From the NCBI RefSeq assembly GCF_009914755.1, contig NC_060945.1: DNA of 64,000 nt; one strand, given 5' to 3'. The position numbers and the translations under genes are program-made. Below, one piece after another: positions 1-14,419 of this stretch. Under the pieces are notes generated by a model. It made no database searches, was not told where the DNA came from, and was given only the letters and a program-made list of their open reading frames with translations. Position 1 is the stretch's first letter. Every line of letters starts with the position of its first letter. The DNA comes from the human T2T-CHM13v2.0 reference genome, Homo sapiens.

Positions 1-196
1 CAGTAGGCAAAGAGAAGCCTTGTGCAGGGAAACTCCCCCTTATAAAACCATCAAATCTCATGAGACTTATTCACTATCATGAGAACAGCATGGGAAAGAC
101 CTGCCCCCATGATTCAATGACCTACCACCAGATCCTTCCCACAGCACATGGGAATTCAAGAAGAGATTTGGGTGGGGACACAGCCAAACCATATCA
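1..196 (-). mobile_element. THE1 (MaLR) LTR, cut by window edge
   Basis: Ends in ...GGGACACAGCCAAACCATATCA, the reverse complement of the THE1 LTR start TGATATGGTTTGGCTGTGTCCC. Confidence 0.9.
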
Positions 197-199
197 CCA

Positions 200-825
200 C
201 TTATGAAATATTCTTGCAAAAACAAAAACAAAAAAAAATCAAATCTAAATCAGGTCAGACTTTTATATCTAACTACCAATCTACAGGAAATCCAGGGGAC
301 AGAAGAATCTCTTTACTAGCAACACAGGCAATCAGCAAAGTCTCGGATGGTGGGAAACTATGGGACAAACAACTGGGTTTCTTCCACAAATATATTGTAA
401 GGAAAAGAGAATGCAGTGGTGGGATGGGGAGGAGCTTATGGATTAAGACAGAAAGAAAGCAACATTGTGGGCAATTGCAATTTATGGCTGTTTCTTATTT
501 TCTGATTACAACACAAATACTCTGATAAAACATTTATAAGTGGGGAAATTAAACACATTCTAGATATTTGATAACATCACAGAATTATTGTTAAATTTTA
601 GATGTGATAGTTGTATTATGGCTGTGTTTAAAAGAGTTCTTGTCTTTTACAGATGCATACTGGAATATTTATGAACAATAAAATATCTGGTATTTGCTTC
701 CAAATAATTTGACATAATTGGAAGGAAGTGGGTGGGTATGTCAATGAAGCAGATAAGTTGATAATATTGAAGTTGGCTAATAGTTACATGTAGGGTTGTC
801 ATACTATTTTCTCCACTTTTATATA
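200..825 (+). mobile_element. Old L1M (L1MC/ME-type) 3' fragment
   Basis: Resembles degenerate L1M 3'UTR; recognised from memory only. Confidence 0.5.
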
Positions 826-1680
826 TGTATTAGTTTTCTGTGAGTGTTGTAAGAAATAACCACAAACTTGGTGACTTAAAACAAGGTTAAATTTATCTTA
901 CAGTTCTGTAGATCAGAAGTCCAACATGAGTCTCATGGTGCTAAAATCATGGTGTCAGTAGGTGTCTTCGTCTGTTCTGTGCTGCTGTAACAATACCTGA
1001 GGCTGGGTAATGTATAATGAACAGAAACTTATTTCCAATAGTTTTAGAGATGGTAAAGTCCGAGATCAAGGGGCTGGCATCTGGTGAGGGTCTTCTTGCT
1101 GTGTCATCCCATAGCAGAAGTTAGAAGAGCAAGGAAGGGTAAGAGAGAGCAAGAGATCAAACTCAAAGACTCAAGCCCTTTTATAATCAACATTAATCCA
1201 TTCATGAGGGTGAAGCCCTCATTACCTAAATGCTTAAGGCCTACGTCTTAACACTGTTGCACTGGGGATTAAGTTTCCAACACATGCCTTTTGGGGACAT
1301 AGTCTAGCGATAGCGGTGGGCAGGGCTGCATTCCTTTCTGGAAGCTCTGGGGAGAATGTTTCCCTGCCTTTTCCAGCTTTTAGAGGCTGCATATTCCTAA
1401 ACTTGTGACCCTTTCTTTCACCTTCAAAGCCTCAAGGGCAGGTTGAGTCCTTCTTATGCTGCCATCTCTTTGGGTTCTCACCAGCCATGAAATATCCTCT
1501 GCTTTAAAAACCTCCTGTGGTTACACTGGGCTCACTGGTTAGTCCAGGATAATCTCCCCATCTCAAGGTCAGATGATTAGCAACCTTAATTTCCCTTTGC
1601 CATGTAATCTAACATATTCACAAAGTCTAGGAATTAGGGTGTAGATATCTTTGGCGGATGGAATTATTCTGCCTGCTACA
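826..1680 (-). mobile_element. MLT1 LTR interrupted by a nested MST/MLT1A LTR (~963-1315)
   Basis: MaLR termini TGTATTAGTTTTCT and TGTCTTCGTCTGTT; 5-bp TSD-like GTAGG/GTGGG around the inner LTR. Confidence 0.75.
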
Positions 1681-4600
1681 TTATATGTTAGGCATTTTCC
1701 ACAATAGAATGTAGAAAACAATATACAAAAGTTACCTGAGGAAAAGCACACCCTTCATTTTTTTCTTTAGACTGTGTTTATTAATTGTCTGCACAACCAA
1801 TTAAGTTTAGAGCAAAAGTTGAACATGGTCCATGGTAATAAGGATATTAACTTTGCCCTATTTATGACACCAAGAGGAAAATGCAGATGTTGTAATCTCA
1901 TCACTATGTAGATTGCATCTAAAGCATTGAATAGAAAGAGGAACCATTATAGGATGATGCTACAGATAAAATTTAGTTTGCCTAATTTATTATCTTGTTT
2001 TCAAAGCAAAACTGTAACGTGGTGGTGAGTTATATAAAAAGAAGCTAATTGGTAGGAAAAAGTCAATTAAAAATAGCACTTTACCATTATAAAACATTTG
2101 TACTCATTCTCATTCAGCTTCACAACAACCCTTCTGTTGGGCAGGATATGTGTACTTTTTTCCTTTTGTAGGTGAAGAAGTTAATTGAGACTCTGGAAGT
2201 AAGGATTTGTTTTAACTTTTCTCCGTTAACTGGCAAGATGAGGAGCGGGACCCAGCTCTTTTGATTCCACTGCACCAAATTGCCTTGGTAACCACCAGAG
2301 AAACGCTGGGATGTGTTCCGAATACTCTGTTTATTAAGAAAAAGATGGGTGTAACTCCATATTAAATTTTCCATAAACACTAGATACACCAGGTATAAAA
2401 TTTAAGGTATCCGTTTAATGGTCACTGACATTGGGAATTCTCCCCAGCAGCCCTTCCTGCTCAGCTCTCACATCAACCTATGAACTCTGACTGTGAACTC
2501 CCAGTGCAGCTTTTTTATTTCCCAATTAATAGAAATAGCATCACTAAATCCCATAAGTTTCCTTTTCCGTGTACAATAGAAGATGGCGTTTCCCAGCGAT
2601 GCCTGCAATTAAGCTGAGGCCATGTGACTGGTTCTAACCAATAGGTTGCAAGGAGAGAGTCAGGCGTGGCTTCTGGATTGAAACATGGAAGAGCAAGTGT
2701 GAATTCTCCTTACTTTTTTTTTTCCGCCCTTAGTGGTGATTTCTGAGGTCACTTGTTGACATGGTAGAGCCCCAGGTTGGAAGTGGCTTAGGTCTTAGTG
2801 AACCACTGAGGTACTATTTAACGCCAGTATCAGAGATGTTAACACCATAATTAAGAGTTAACCAATTATGAAACAGCGTGTGTTTCCGCTACAAAATCTG
2901 AGACTCTCGTAGCGGGCAGGGGTGTGTATTCAAGTTAATATTTCTTTGTTCTACAGTCTGACATCAATATATCTTATTTTCTTATTAAGGATTCTTATTG
3001 CCATTAAAGAAAAAAATTGCTTGGCAAAGATGAAAATAAATAGAGACTAAGCAATATTTGTAGCTTGTGAGAATTATAAAGACAGGACAAAATAATAATA
3101 TAACTGGATGAGAAAGATAAGAGTGCGTGTTAGAGATTTGCGCTGTCATGGGCAGTTATGCCTCTTTAGGCGAGCAAATTGTGCTTGTTGCAGTGAGATT
3201 GGTGAGATGTAGGCCCGTTCTGACTGTGGATGGCAGCATGGCTTTCCACCCCAGCCAGACACAAAGGGCACAAGGTGGGGCAGGTGACCTACAGCCCTTG
3301 GACTGTGTCACTCTAGGGAACCTCTGCTCAGTCAGCCGTTCAGTTTACAAACCTTAGATTAAGACCTTTGAAAACAAGATGAATGGTAAGGAAGTTTTCT
3401 CCCAGCAACAATGCAATAAACTGAAATTAAAATAGATAATCTAACATCTTATGTTTGTGTACTGTTAATGATTTACAAAGCATTTTTTCTTTTTGTGCCT
3501 CAGGATTACTCTGAGAGGTGGTGGGCAGAGCGATTAAACCCCCATTTCCTGGGAGGGTGCGTAGGATTCGCCTTCATGTCCCTTCCTGGCTTTACTTAGC
3601 ACTCCACACTCTTTTCCTTGTTTGTTCATTTACACATAACGCTTTGGCAAATTGTTCTCCACGCAGAGTGTGTTAAGCTCAGTTCGTAACTCATGAACTC
3701 CTGTAGATTCCCCAGCTGCCCTTGCAATTAGTTTGGGACCAACTCCTACTGGCCGTTGACTTAAGATAGAAGGCAATTAAAAGCCACTGTGCCCTGTCCA
3801 ACCTTTTCCCCGCTGAGCTGACCTTGGAGGCTGTGTATTCCAGTTGACAGTGTAGCCCACGGCCTCCATCGGCCTTAGGAATCAGAAATTAGCCTTTCCT
3901 GTGTGAAGACACTGACATTTCAGGGTTTATTCTGTGGTTTCATCATAACACATCCTATCCTGATTAATAAAATTACTTACTCTCCACACCTTCTAAGTGT
4001 ATCATTAAGAGATGTTTCTAAGAATCCTTAGAAATTGGGGCTCTGAAATTGGAATGCGGAAACACTCCAGAACACAATCAGTATCATTTCCACTTTTAAC
4101 TTTACATGAATTTTCCCATAGGCAGAATTTTATTTATTTTTTTATCAAAATCATACATTTACATAGTGTAAAATGTTACTAGTGCTATCAGGCTTATGAG
4201 TACTGACAGCAGCAGCTCTCTGCCCCAGCCCTTCTCTCCCAGGTCTGATTCCTTTCTGCGGTTTCCCCCGGCATTTATGTCTATATTTGTAAATAATACA
4301 CTTATCCTGCTGTGTCATGTTCTATTGTTTCAGATGTTTTCTATTGACTTTCCACTACTGCAGATGAGGATTCAGCCACCTTTTCCCCCTCACCACCACT
4401 GCGCCTCCCCCATCTTCTCATTATATCACAATTTTTGGCTAAATCTGAATTTACTATTTATTATTTATAACCATGTAAATATTGCTGACTGCTAGGACAA
4501 GTAGTGTGCTTTGATTACATATATTTTTTTTTCTGTGAAAGTTCCTCTTTATTTTTTATTTGCTTAGCTTGTGTATCAGTAATGCTTCCCCCTTCATTCA

Positions 4601-5433
4601 AGCACCGTCAGTTCTAGTTTCCACATGGCTGAAGGTCATGGATCATTTTCTGATTGGAGCCTGTGCTCATGGCACTTGCTCTTCCTCCCACAGTTGGATC
4701 TGGCTGGGTTGCTCCCCAGCTGCCATCCCAGATCTCATTTCCTGGAGTCCATGTCTACCTTCTTTTGGTTTATACTCTTTTGTGAATGGAGCACACCCTT
4801 TTGGAGTTTCCAGAGAAAAGGTGCATGACAGGTGAAACTTTTGATATCTTGCTAATGTGAAAATGTTTGCTGATATTGCTGTGAATAGCTTGACAGTTTG
4901 GATTTGGAAATGGAGTAGAAAATAATTTCCTTCCCAGTCCATCTCTGGAAGCACACACTGGGAGTGGTTGCCCTTGAGGAGGAAAACAGGTTAGGGATGG
5001 AGCGAGACTTACTTCACTATATAACTTTTTGTACTATTCAACTTTTAGAAACCATTTGTAGACACTGCTTTACGAAACTTAAATAGACATTAGTAAACAG
5101 AAATCATGAGCAATATGGAGAATATACTGCCCCCAGTTTACCATGTGCTGCATTGTATTTAATATTTAGTCCTATGAGCAATGCATTTATTGCCATGCAA
5201 GAATTTTAGCATTGAAAGGGTTTTCTATAGACCAGAAATGGTGCAAGCCCAAACATGATCATAATTGCATGTTATAATGGAAATTCATAACCTTGTTATC
5301 TCAGAGCTTTTAGAAAATTTGTGAAGATTTGGACATTTTAGGGAAAAGGAGCACATGTAAACCAAATTTTGGGCATCAAAGATGGAAGTAGATTGGTCTC
5401 CAACAGTTGTCCTGTATCCTGAAATTCTTACTG

Positions 5434-5477
5434 CCATTACCATTATCATTACCATTACCATTACCATTACCATTACT
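5434..5477. repeat. (ACCATT)n hexamer microsatellite
   Basis: About 7 imperfect units visible directly. Confidence 0.85.
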
Positions 5478-5729
5478 CTTCCTAACAATGCCACCCCAAA
5501 CCATTTCCACAGAAACCAGGTTGCTTTAAGTGGGCTTTCTTGGACTTTCCCATTTGACTAAATAGCAACTCTGCAGAAAGGTAGGCATCTCCATGGGCAA
5601 TGCAAAACAAGAAAGCTGACATTTGGCTAAGGGCTTACCTGCAACAGTTACATCATGTTACACAAAATTCAGAGTTAAATGAGCATATGAGAGGGACATG
5701 GTTCAACCTGTATCTTCTGTGAAATGCTC

Positions 5730-6229
5730 TTCTTGCTGTTACATAATATTTTACATGTTTATGGGGTACCTGTGATATTGTGCTGCATGCACAGACTGTG
5801 TAATGATCAAGTCAGGGTATTTGGCATATCTGTCACCTTAAGCATTTATCATTTCTATGCGTTGGAAACATTTCAAGGCCTCTCTTCCAGCTACTTTGAA
5901 ATATACAGTACACTGTTGCTAATTATAGCCTTCCTACTCTCCTGTTGAACATTAGAACTTATTCCTTCTATGTAACTGTATGTTTTTATCTGCTAACCAA
6001 CCTCTCTTCATCCCCCTCCCACCCATACAACCTTTCCTAGCCTCTGGTGTCTATCATTCCACTGTCTACCTCCATGAGATCAACTTTCTTATCTCCCACA
6101 TATGATTGAGAACAGCTAATATTTGTCTTTCTGTGCCTGGCTTATTTCACTTAACATGATGACTTTTGGTTCCCTCCATGTTACTGCAAATGACAGTTTC
6201 ATTCTCTTTTATGGCCACACAGTATTTCA

Positions 6230-6232
<3 letters not shown>
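5730..6232 (-). mobile_element. L1MA-type 3' end fragment
   Basis: Typical antisense L1MA 3'UTR (TTTCTGTGCCTGGCTTATTTCACTTAACAT...). Confidence 0.8.

Positions 6233-6284
<52 letters not shown>
6233..6284. repeat. (TA)26 microsatellite
   Basis: Uninterrupted TA run. Confidence 0.97.
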
Positions 6285-6291
<7 letters not shown>

Positions 6292-6367
6292 TATGTTTTT
6301 AATGTGATATGTTTCTTATTATAAAAAGCTCTCAGGCTTGTCCTTAGGCATTAGAACATTTAGAAAC

Positions 6368-6402
6368 ATCTATCTATCTATCTTATCTATCATCTATCTA
6401 CC

Positions 6403-6449
<47 letters not shown>

Positions 6450-6477
6450 CCATCTCTATCTGTCATCTATCTGCCTG

Positions 6478-6535
<58 letters not shown>

Positions 6536-6543
6536 CATTTACC

Positions 6544-6588
<45 letters not shown>

Positions 6589-6648
6589 ATCTATCCGTCT
6601 ACCTAATATATCATCTATCTATGTATCTATCTATCTAATCTATCATCT

Positions 6649-6710
<62 letters not shown>

Positions 6711-6730
6711 ATCTATCTATCTGTCTATCC
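6368..6730. repeat. Compound (TATC)n/(TCTA)n tetranucleotide STR, ~360 bp
   Basis: Several TATC blocks with TCTG/TCCA/TCA interruptions. Confidence 0.97.
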
Positions 6731-6925
6731 TACTCCCTGCCATGGTTGGCCCAAGAGCATTTTAAATTATATAGATAATCTTTGCTAATCCTTCCTGCTT
6801 TTTCCGATAATTGTAGGGGAAAACGGCCAAGGAGGGGCCTTCAGTGGATACATACATAAAATAATTTAAAATGTTGACAAAAGGTAAATTCCCATGATCT
6901 AGAGACAGAGTGGTTCTTAATCTAG

Positions 6926-7102
6926 AGAGTGGTTCTCAACTCAGGCTGAACACTGTAATGACCCAAGGACCTTGAAAAATACCGATGCTTGGGTCTTTCC
7001 TGAGAGATTTTGATTTAATTGGTCTGGTTACATCCTGAGCATCAGGAGTTTTAAAAGCTCTCCAGGTGATTCTAATGCGGCCAGGCCTGAGAAGCACTGC
7101 TC
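6926..7102. mobile_element. MER5-type hAT-Charlie MITE
   Basis: Ends AGTGGTTCTCAA ... TGAGAAGCACTG; internal CCAGGTGATTCTAATGC. Confidence 0.8.
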
Positions 7103-7237
7103 TAGGGAGGATACTGACCTCTAGAGATGGAAGTGAAAGAGGTCATTGTTTATCTCTGACGGATCATAGACACTCTTGTCTTCGTATGTTTATTTATTCA
7201 GCAATACAGATTTTCCATCAGTTTTTTTTCCATTTAA

Positions 7238-8100
7238 TAGACTTTATTTTTTAAAGCAGTTTTAGTTCACAGCAAAAGTGAGAAGGTACAGAGATTTCCC
7301 ATATACCCCTCTCCCTATCCATGTATAGCCTCCCCTACTATCGATGGTCCCCAATAGAGTGGTGGTGCATTTGTTACAATCAGTGAACCTACACTGACAC
7401 GTCGCTATCACCCAGAGTCCATAGTTTACATTAGGGTTCACTCTTGGTGCTTTGTAAATTCTGTGGGTTTGGACAAATGTATAATGATATGCATACACCT
7501 TATCACATCATGCAGAATAGTTTCACTGCCTTAAAAATCTTCTGTGCTCTGCCCATTTATCCTTCTCTCTCTTCTGGCCCCTGGTAACAACTGATTTTTT
7601 TAATAGTCTCCATAGTTTGCCTTTTCCAGAATGTCATATGGTTGAAATCATACTGTATGCAGCCTCTTCAGATTGGCTTTTTTCACTTAGAAATGTGCAT
7701 TTAAGTTTCCTTCCCATATTTTTGTAGCTTGTTATCTCATTTCTTGTCTTTTCAGTGCTGAATAATATTTTCTTGTTTTGAGGTATCACAGTTTATCCAT
7801 TCACCTATTGCTTCTAAGTCTTGACAATTACGAATAAAGCTGCTATAAACATCTATGTGCAGCTGTTGTGCGGATCTAACTTTTCAGTTCCTTTGGAAAG
7901 ACACCAAGGAGTGTGATTGCTGGATCATACGGTAAAAGTGTGTTTAGTTTTGTGCAAAACTGCCAAACTGTCTTCCAAAGTAGCTGCACCATTTTGCATT
8001 CCCACCAGCAGTGAGTAAAAGTTCCCGTTGCTCCACTTTCCCACCAGCATTTGGTGTTGTCAGTGTTCTGGATTTTGACCTTTCTAATAAGTGTGTAGTA
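7238..8100 (-). mobile_element. L1MC/MB 3' fragment
   Basis: Antisense L1M 3'UTR and ORF2 end (CCATTTTGCATTCCCACCAGCA). Confidence 0.8.
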
Positions 8101-8129
8101 TTATTAACTATTTATTTATTATTTGTTGG

Positions 8130-9062
8130 ATTTTTTAAACTTTTATTTTATTCAGGGGTACATGTGCAGGTTTGTTATAGAGGTGAATTGCTTGTTGTAA
8201 GGAGTTGCTGTAAAGATTATTTTGGCTGGGCGTGGTGGCTCACGCCTGTAATCCCAGCATGTTGGGAGGCTGAGGCGGGTGGATCACGAGGTCAGGGGTT
8301 CGAGACCAGCCTGACCAACATGGTGAAACCCCATCTCTACTAAAAATACAAAAAAAAAAAAAAAATAGCTGGGCGTGGTGGCGGGCGCCTGTAATCCCAG
8401 CTACTCAGGAGGCTGTGGCAGGAGAATTGCCAGTGAGCCGAGATCACGCCACTGCACTCCAGCCTGGGCGACAGAGCGAGACTCCATCTCAATAAAAAAA
8501 AAAAAAAAAAAGATTATTTCACCGCCTAGGTAATAAGCATGGTACCTGATAGGTAGTTTTTTGATTGTTACCCTCCTCCCACCCTCCACCCTCAAGTAAG
8601 GCCCATTGTCTGTTGTTCCCTCCTTTGTGTCCGTGTGTACTCAGTGTTCAGCTCACACTTGTAAGTGAGAACATGTGGTATTTGGTTTTCTGTTCCTGTG
8701 TTAGTTTGCTGAGAATAATGACCTCCAGCTCCATCCACGTCACTGCAAAGGACATGATCCCCTTCTTCTTAAGGCTGCAAAGTATTCCATGGTGTATATT
8801 ATATGTACCACATTTTATTTATTCAGTCTACCATTCATGGGCATTTACACTGATTTGATTCCATGTCTTTGCTATTGTGAATAGTGCTTCAATGATCGTA
8901 TGTGTGCATGTGTCTTTATGGTAGAATGATTTACATTCCTTTGGGTAGATAGCCAGTAATGGCATTGCTGGGCCAAATGGTAATTCTGTTTTAAGTTCTT
9001 TCGGGGGTCACCACATTGCTTTCCACAATGGCTGAGCTAATTTACATTCCCACCAGCAGTGT
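8130..9062 (-). mobile_element. Older L1PA 3' fragment interrupted by an Alu
   Basis: GGGGTACATGTGCAGGTTTGTTA...TTACATTCCCACCAGCAGTGT. Confidence 0.88.
8224..8510 (+). mobile_element. AluS (Sg-like) with ~23-nt right-arm deletion
   Basis: Dimeric Alu with A tail; TSD AAAGATTATTT on both sides. Confidence 0.95.
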
Positions 9063-9129
9063 TTAATCATTGTTGGATTTAATTCCTACTTAAAAAGAAT
9101 ACATGCTAAATGCTCTCCAGACTTAAGTA

Positions 9130-11900
9130 GTGTTGTGTTTTTGGTATTATTTGTCTTTCGTCTACGTTTTCACATTAAAAAATGAAGTATACATGAAGCT
9201 TGAAACAACCGCACAGTTTAATGAATCACTGTAAGGCGAATGCAGGAAACCATAACCTGGTCAACCAGCACTTAGAAGCTCCTTTCATGCCTCGCCTGAA
9301 AAATAACTCCTGATTCTTTTGATAATCCATTTCTTGCCTTTAGAGTTCTGCCTATGCATGTATTCCTAAACAATCCAGTTGTTTCCTTGTATTTAAAAAT
9401 TGTTTAGCTTTGTAGCTATAGTTTACTCATTACTGTAGGATGTTCCATTGCGTGAATATAACATAATTGACCCTCTCTATTGTTGATGGACATTTTTGTT
9501 GTTTGCATCTATTGGCTATTACGAATGATGTGTTTTGAACAGTCTCAGTGATGTCCCCTGTGCCCAAATGCACTAATTTCCTTGGAGCATATGTTCCTAG
9601 TGTGGCATTGCTGGATGATGCATATTTTCGACTTTAATACAAAATATAAATGGATTTCCAGATTGATTATACTAACTTAGCCCCACAAACAGTATATGAG
9701 AGGTCTCGTTGCTTTAAATATTCCATAGCACTGGTATTCCCAGTTCCGTAGTGTTTACCAGTATGGTGCGTGGGTAACAGTGTTTCCTTGAAGTTTTAAT
9801 TTGAGTTTCCTCAATTAATAAAGAGACTCAGAATATGCAGCAAATGCTTCTGTTGCACTGTGTTACATCGCCTTGGCTCACCATCTGTTTCTTGGGTTTT
9901 ATTTGCTGTTCCTTTTCTTACTCCTTGAGGTGTGTTCTCGGCCCATTCATTTCAGCCCTTCTTCCTTTCTATCTGTGTATTCAGGGCTGTGTGTTTCTTC
10001 CTACACACAGCTTTAACTGCAGCCTACAAGTTTTGACATGTAGCATTTCCATACACTTTCAGTTAGGTAATGTTTATTATCTAACTGATGATAATTTCTC
10101 AGGCACGTGCATTAGATCACATTTGTTTATCCATGATATTCATTTTTGCTGTCTTTTGGTCTGCCTGTTCTATCAATTACTGACAGAAAAATGTTAAAAT
10201 TGTCCCATAAGTATTGTGGATTTTGCTTCATATAGTTTGAAGCCAAGTTATTGGATATATAGTAATTAAAAAGAGTTATATCACCTTGGTCATCCGAGCG
10301 TTGCATCATTGTGAGTGACCCATTTTAACTCAAGTAATGTTTTGTGCCTTCCACTCTTGTTGATTTTAATATATCAGCTTTATCTTTCTTGCTTGTTGCA
10401 TGCTGTCTTTTTCCCATCCTTCAATGTTCAACCTTAGTATATCCCTATATTTTACATGTATCTTTTGTAAATAGCTTACAGCGAGATTTTTGTCTAATCC
10501 AACAGTTTTTATGCCTTTTAGCTGGAGTATTTAATTTATTTACATTTAATATAATTATTGACATATTTGGATTTTCCATTATTTTGAGCTTTGTATTTGT
10601 ATTACCTGTTCTGTTTCCTTTTTTTCTCCCATCTTGATTTATTTTGGGTTTAATTATTTTTTTCCCTCTAATAGTTTGGAAATTGTGAACTCTGATTCTA
10701 TTGCTTTAGTGGTCACTCTGAAACCACACAGCCATACTTCTTTGATAAGAATCTAGAATTAGTCAATGCCTTTATCCTCTTCTTGGATAATACAAAGAGT
10801 TTAAACATGTTAATTATAATTATTCTCCTCCTGACACGAGTTAATATTGTCATATATTATAACTCTCTCATTTTAACACCATTAATTGTTATTATTATTC
10901 TTTTATAGGTAATGTTTACTTATCTTTGCCCATCTCAGACCTTCCATCTGGAATTGTTTTCCTTCTGCGGAAAGTACCTCCTTGAAAATTAATATAGAAT
11001 TGGGAGTTAGCAGTTGTTTTCTTTTAGGACATTGAAGATTTCATTCCAACCACCCTTTGGCTTCCATTGTTGCTGCTGAGAAACCAGCTACTGGTCTAAC
11101 TATCATTTCTTTGCTTTAAGATTTTTTTTCCTTGTCTGGTATTCTGCATTTTCACTATAGATATGGATTTATTTTTATTTACTCTTTGTGGGAATCATTG
11201 GACTTCTTGAATTGCTGATACTTCCAAGGCTGTCTTTTATAATTTGAACTTAGGGAGCGTGGGCGTCTTGGAATCTGTATCTGAAGTCTTGCGAGTCTGT
11301 TTTGTCATTTGTTATTCTTCTCCACAGTGCCTTGTGACCTTGTGTGGTTGACTTCCTTTGACTGGGCGCTGATCATTGCTCTTAAAATTATTTGTGGGAT
11401 TCCCTGAGGCCTAGGATGAAAGTGCCTGCCTTCAGCTCTGAGGTCCACTCCCTAGACATGTAGGTGCACTACCTTTTGGTACGCTTCAGCTTCACAGCTT
11501 GAGGTTTCTTGGAATGCTCCAGTGTGGTGGATCTGGGCTTCAAATCTGCCAAGCACCTGCCCACTTTTGGACATATTTTCTCCTTTCTTGTTTTTTTATA
11601 TTGCACTAAGCACCAAAGGCAGCATTCTTCACAGCTGTTTGTGGGTGAGAGGAAAGAAGCAGGCTCACCCCAGCCCTTATTGTGGAGCTGTGTATGGTTG
11701 CAATGAATGTGCTAGGAGCCTAAAAGACTCACAAACTTTGGTGGGTCCTGAGTTTTAATTTCTGTCCCTCCCAACTCTGTGAATCTATCAAAACACAGCT
11801 TAATCTTGCAATCTGGACTGGCTGAAGGTAAAGGGGATCAAGCATTTCATTGACTTCTCTGGGGTCTTGCTTTCCTTTAGGTCTAGGCTTGGTCATTCAT
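9130..11900 (-). mobile_element. Highly decayed L1M fragments
   Basis: T-rich antisense L1-like blocks; boundaries uncertain. Confidence 0.45.
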
Positions 11901-11999
11901 CACTATGTTGTCAACTCTTCATGCGTATAAGAAAATGTAAAAAACATTTAGACAGCATTTTAAATTATTTCCAGAAGATTATTGATCTCAACAATTTAG

Positions 12000-12203
12000 C
12001 CCAGTATTGTTCAAGAGTATGTTCTGTGGGGATGGAAATGTTCTGTATTTGAGCTTTCCAATATGGTAGCCACTGCCTTCTGTGGCTATTGAGCACCAAA
12101 AATGTAGATAGCACACCTGATGAATTAAATTTTTTATTTTACTTGATTTAAAATTTACATAGCCACATGTGATTGTGGCTACCATATTGGACAGTGCAGC
12201 TCT
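12000..12203. mobile_element. MER3-type hAT-Charlie MITE
   Basis: CCAATATGGTAGCCAC ... GTGGCTACCATATTGG internal inverted repeat. Confidence 0.8.
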
Positions 12204-12414
12204 AGTCCATAAACAGTTACCAGAAACAAGAATGCTTTTATTCTTTAGATTTCCTTTGGTTGAGCAGATAACTGTCTGCAATGCATCTAGCCCAGCTCCC
12301 AGAATCTTGGTGAAACATAGAGGTATTTTTGGGTTTACTTAAATTTCCTATTCATATAGTAAGGCTGTATACTTTATATAAAACATAAAATTTTTGTTTT
12401 ATTAAAAAATTATT

Positions 12415-12550
12415 AATTAGTTAATTTATTTAGAGACATGGTCTTGCTCTGTCATCCAGGCTGGAGTGCAGTGGCATGGTCATAGCTCACTGTACCCTTG
12501 AACTTCTGGGATCAAATGATCCTCCCACCTCAGCCTCCCAAAGCACTGGG
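12415..12550 (-). mobile_element. FLAM/AluJ monomer
   Basis: Single antisense Alu monomer. Confidence 0.85.
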
Positions 12551-14020
12551 GGAAAAACGTCGTTTTAAGTATCACCATAATGAGTAGGTAGAATGCCGTT
12601 TCTTAAGATGAGTCACTTAAGCATAGGAGAGATACATACTTTATGGATCTTTTTGGTCACAAACTTTAATACAATAAACTACAGTTTGCTTGTCATTCCA
12701 AGGCCAACCTCAACAACGTAAGCCCTGTACTTAGTCTTAGAGAAATATTTATCTAGATAAATAAAAAAAGCAAAGCAACAAAAACATGAATGGAGTAATT
12801 TTCCACCTGGCTGGCTGCTTCCACACCTCTCACCCGCTGCAGGCAGCAGTAGGTGTGTGGAGGAGGGCGACGACATGTCCCGCAGCAAGAGTGTCTACCC
12901 CTAATAGTCTCACAAAACTCTGTTGCTTCTTGCTGGGAGATGAAAACAGCTTGAGGACAGGGTTTTTGTCTCATGTGTTTGTTCCACTCTGCAGAACCAA
13001 GCTTCGAACTGTACTTCATGCACTACGATGGCACAGAAAAGATTTTCTGGGTGAAACCATTTTGGTGCCATTGTCTTGTAATTATTAGGAAATCAAAAAC
13101 AGCACAGAATTATTATTTCCTCCAGTATTCTGGAGGATCCTACACTTTGCATCACAGCAGCTGGCTTTGTCTTGGCTACAGCCTCCTCCCTTCTTGTTTC
13201 TCTGGTAACAAATGCTCACCTCTGTTGACAGGGTGATCCAGGGCTGGCCAATCAGAGTGCCTCACTCCCGGCTCCCTGACCCTGGAATTGTTCATGGATG
13301 GCAGCAAGCCCAGATCAGAGTCCTTCTTTGAGGCTGTTCTTACCAGAATCTCAGGAGGCCCTACATGCGTCTCTCGGGGAGCCACAAGAGTGGGGGCCAG
13401 CTGCTTTACCCTGTAGTCCTTGCCATTTGGAGAAGGCCTCTCAGTAGGAGGAGAGAAGGACACCAAGCAGGGAGGCGAGAGGTGTGGGTGATGGCAGAGG
13501 GGGTCCCACTGGTGTCTGGTCCCCAGTTCCCGTCGCTGAGGCCCCCGGAACTGGCCAGGTTCTCTAGTTCTTCCAGCTCTTTGAACTCTGCTAGTATCCT
13601 TTCAACAAGTTAATTTTCTGTTATAAATGATCCTTAATTGGGTTTCTGCCACTTGCAACAAATATCTTTTATCCTAAATTGTTAAAATGAAAAGTGTGTG
13701 TGTTGGGGGCACATTTTCAGGGGAAAGAAAATTCCCACCAGCTTTGGAATCAGCTGAGGTGGGTAAGTATATTCTTCCCCATGTTCTTCCAGCACGATTC
13801 TTTTGTCCCTCTGTTTCTTCAATAGTTTTTAGTGGACATTATCCTACAATTCAAATACCAAATGCATTTCTCATCCAAGATGAGCTGTGTCACCAATGAA
13901 CAAGAAGAGCGCCAGCATTGTGATTTTTTTTTTAAACAGAACTTTCAGGGTACAGAAAATAACACCACCCTGTCCAAATTTAGGGCCACACTGTCATCGA
14001 GGGATAATCAGTGTTTTTGG

Positions 14021-14394
<374 letters not shown>

Positions 14395-14419
14395 TGAAAC
14401 ATTGTCTTTTTAACCTAAA

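Noticed and set aside
6368-6730. Identification as a named forensic STR
   Set aside because: I do not recognise the flanks and cannot assign a marker name
6338-6778. 146-aa (IYLS)n ORF
   Set aside because: Translation artefact of the TATC repeat
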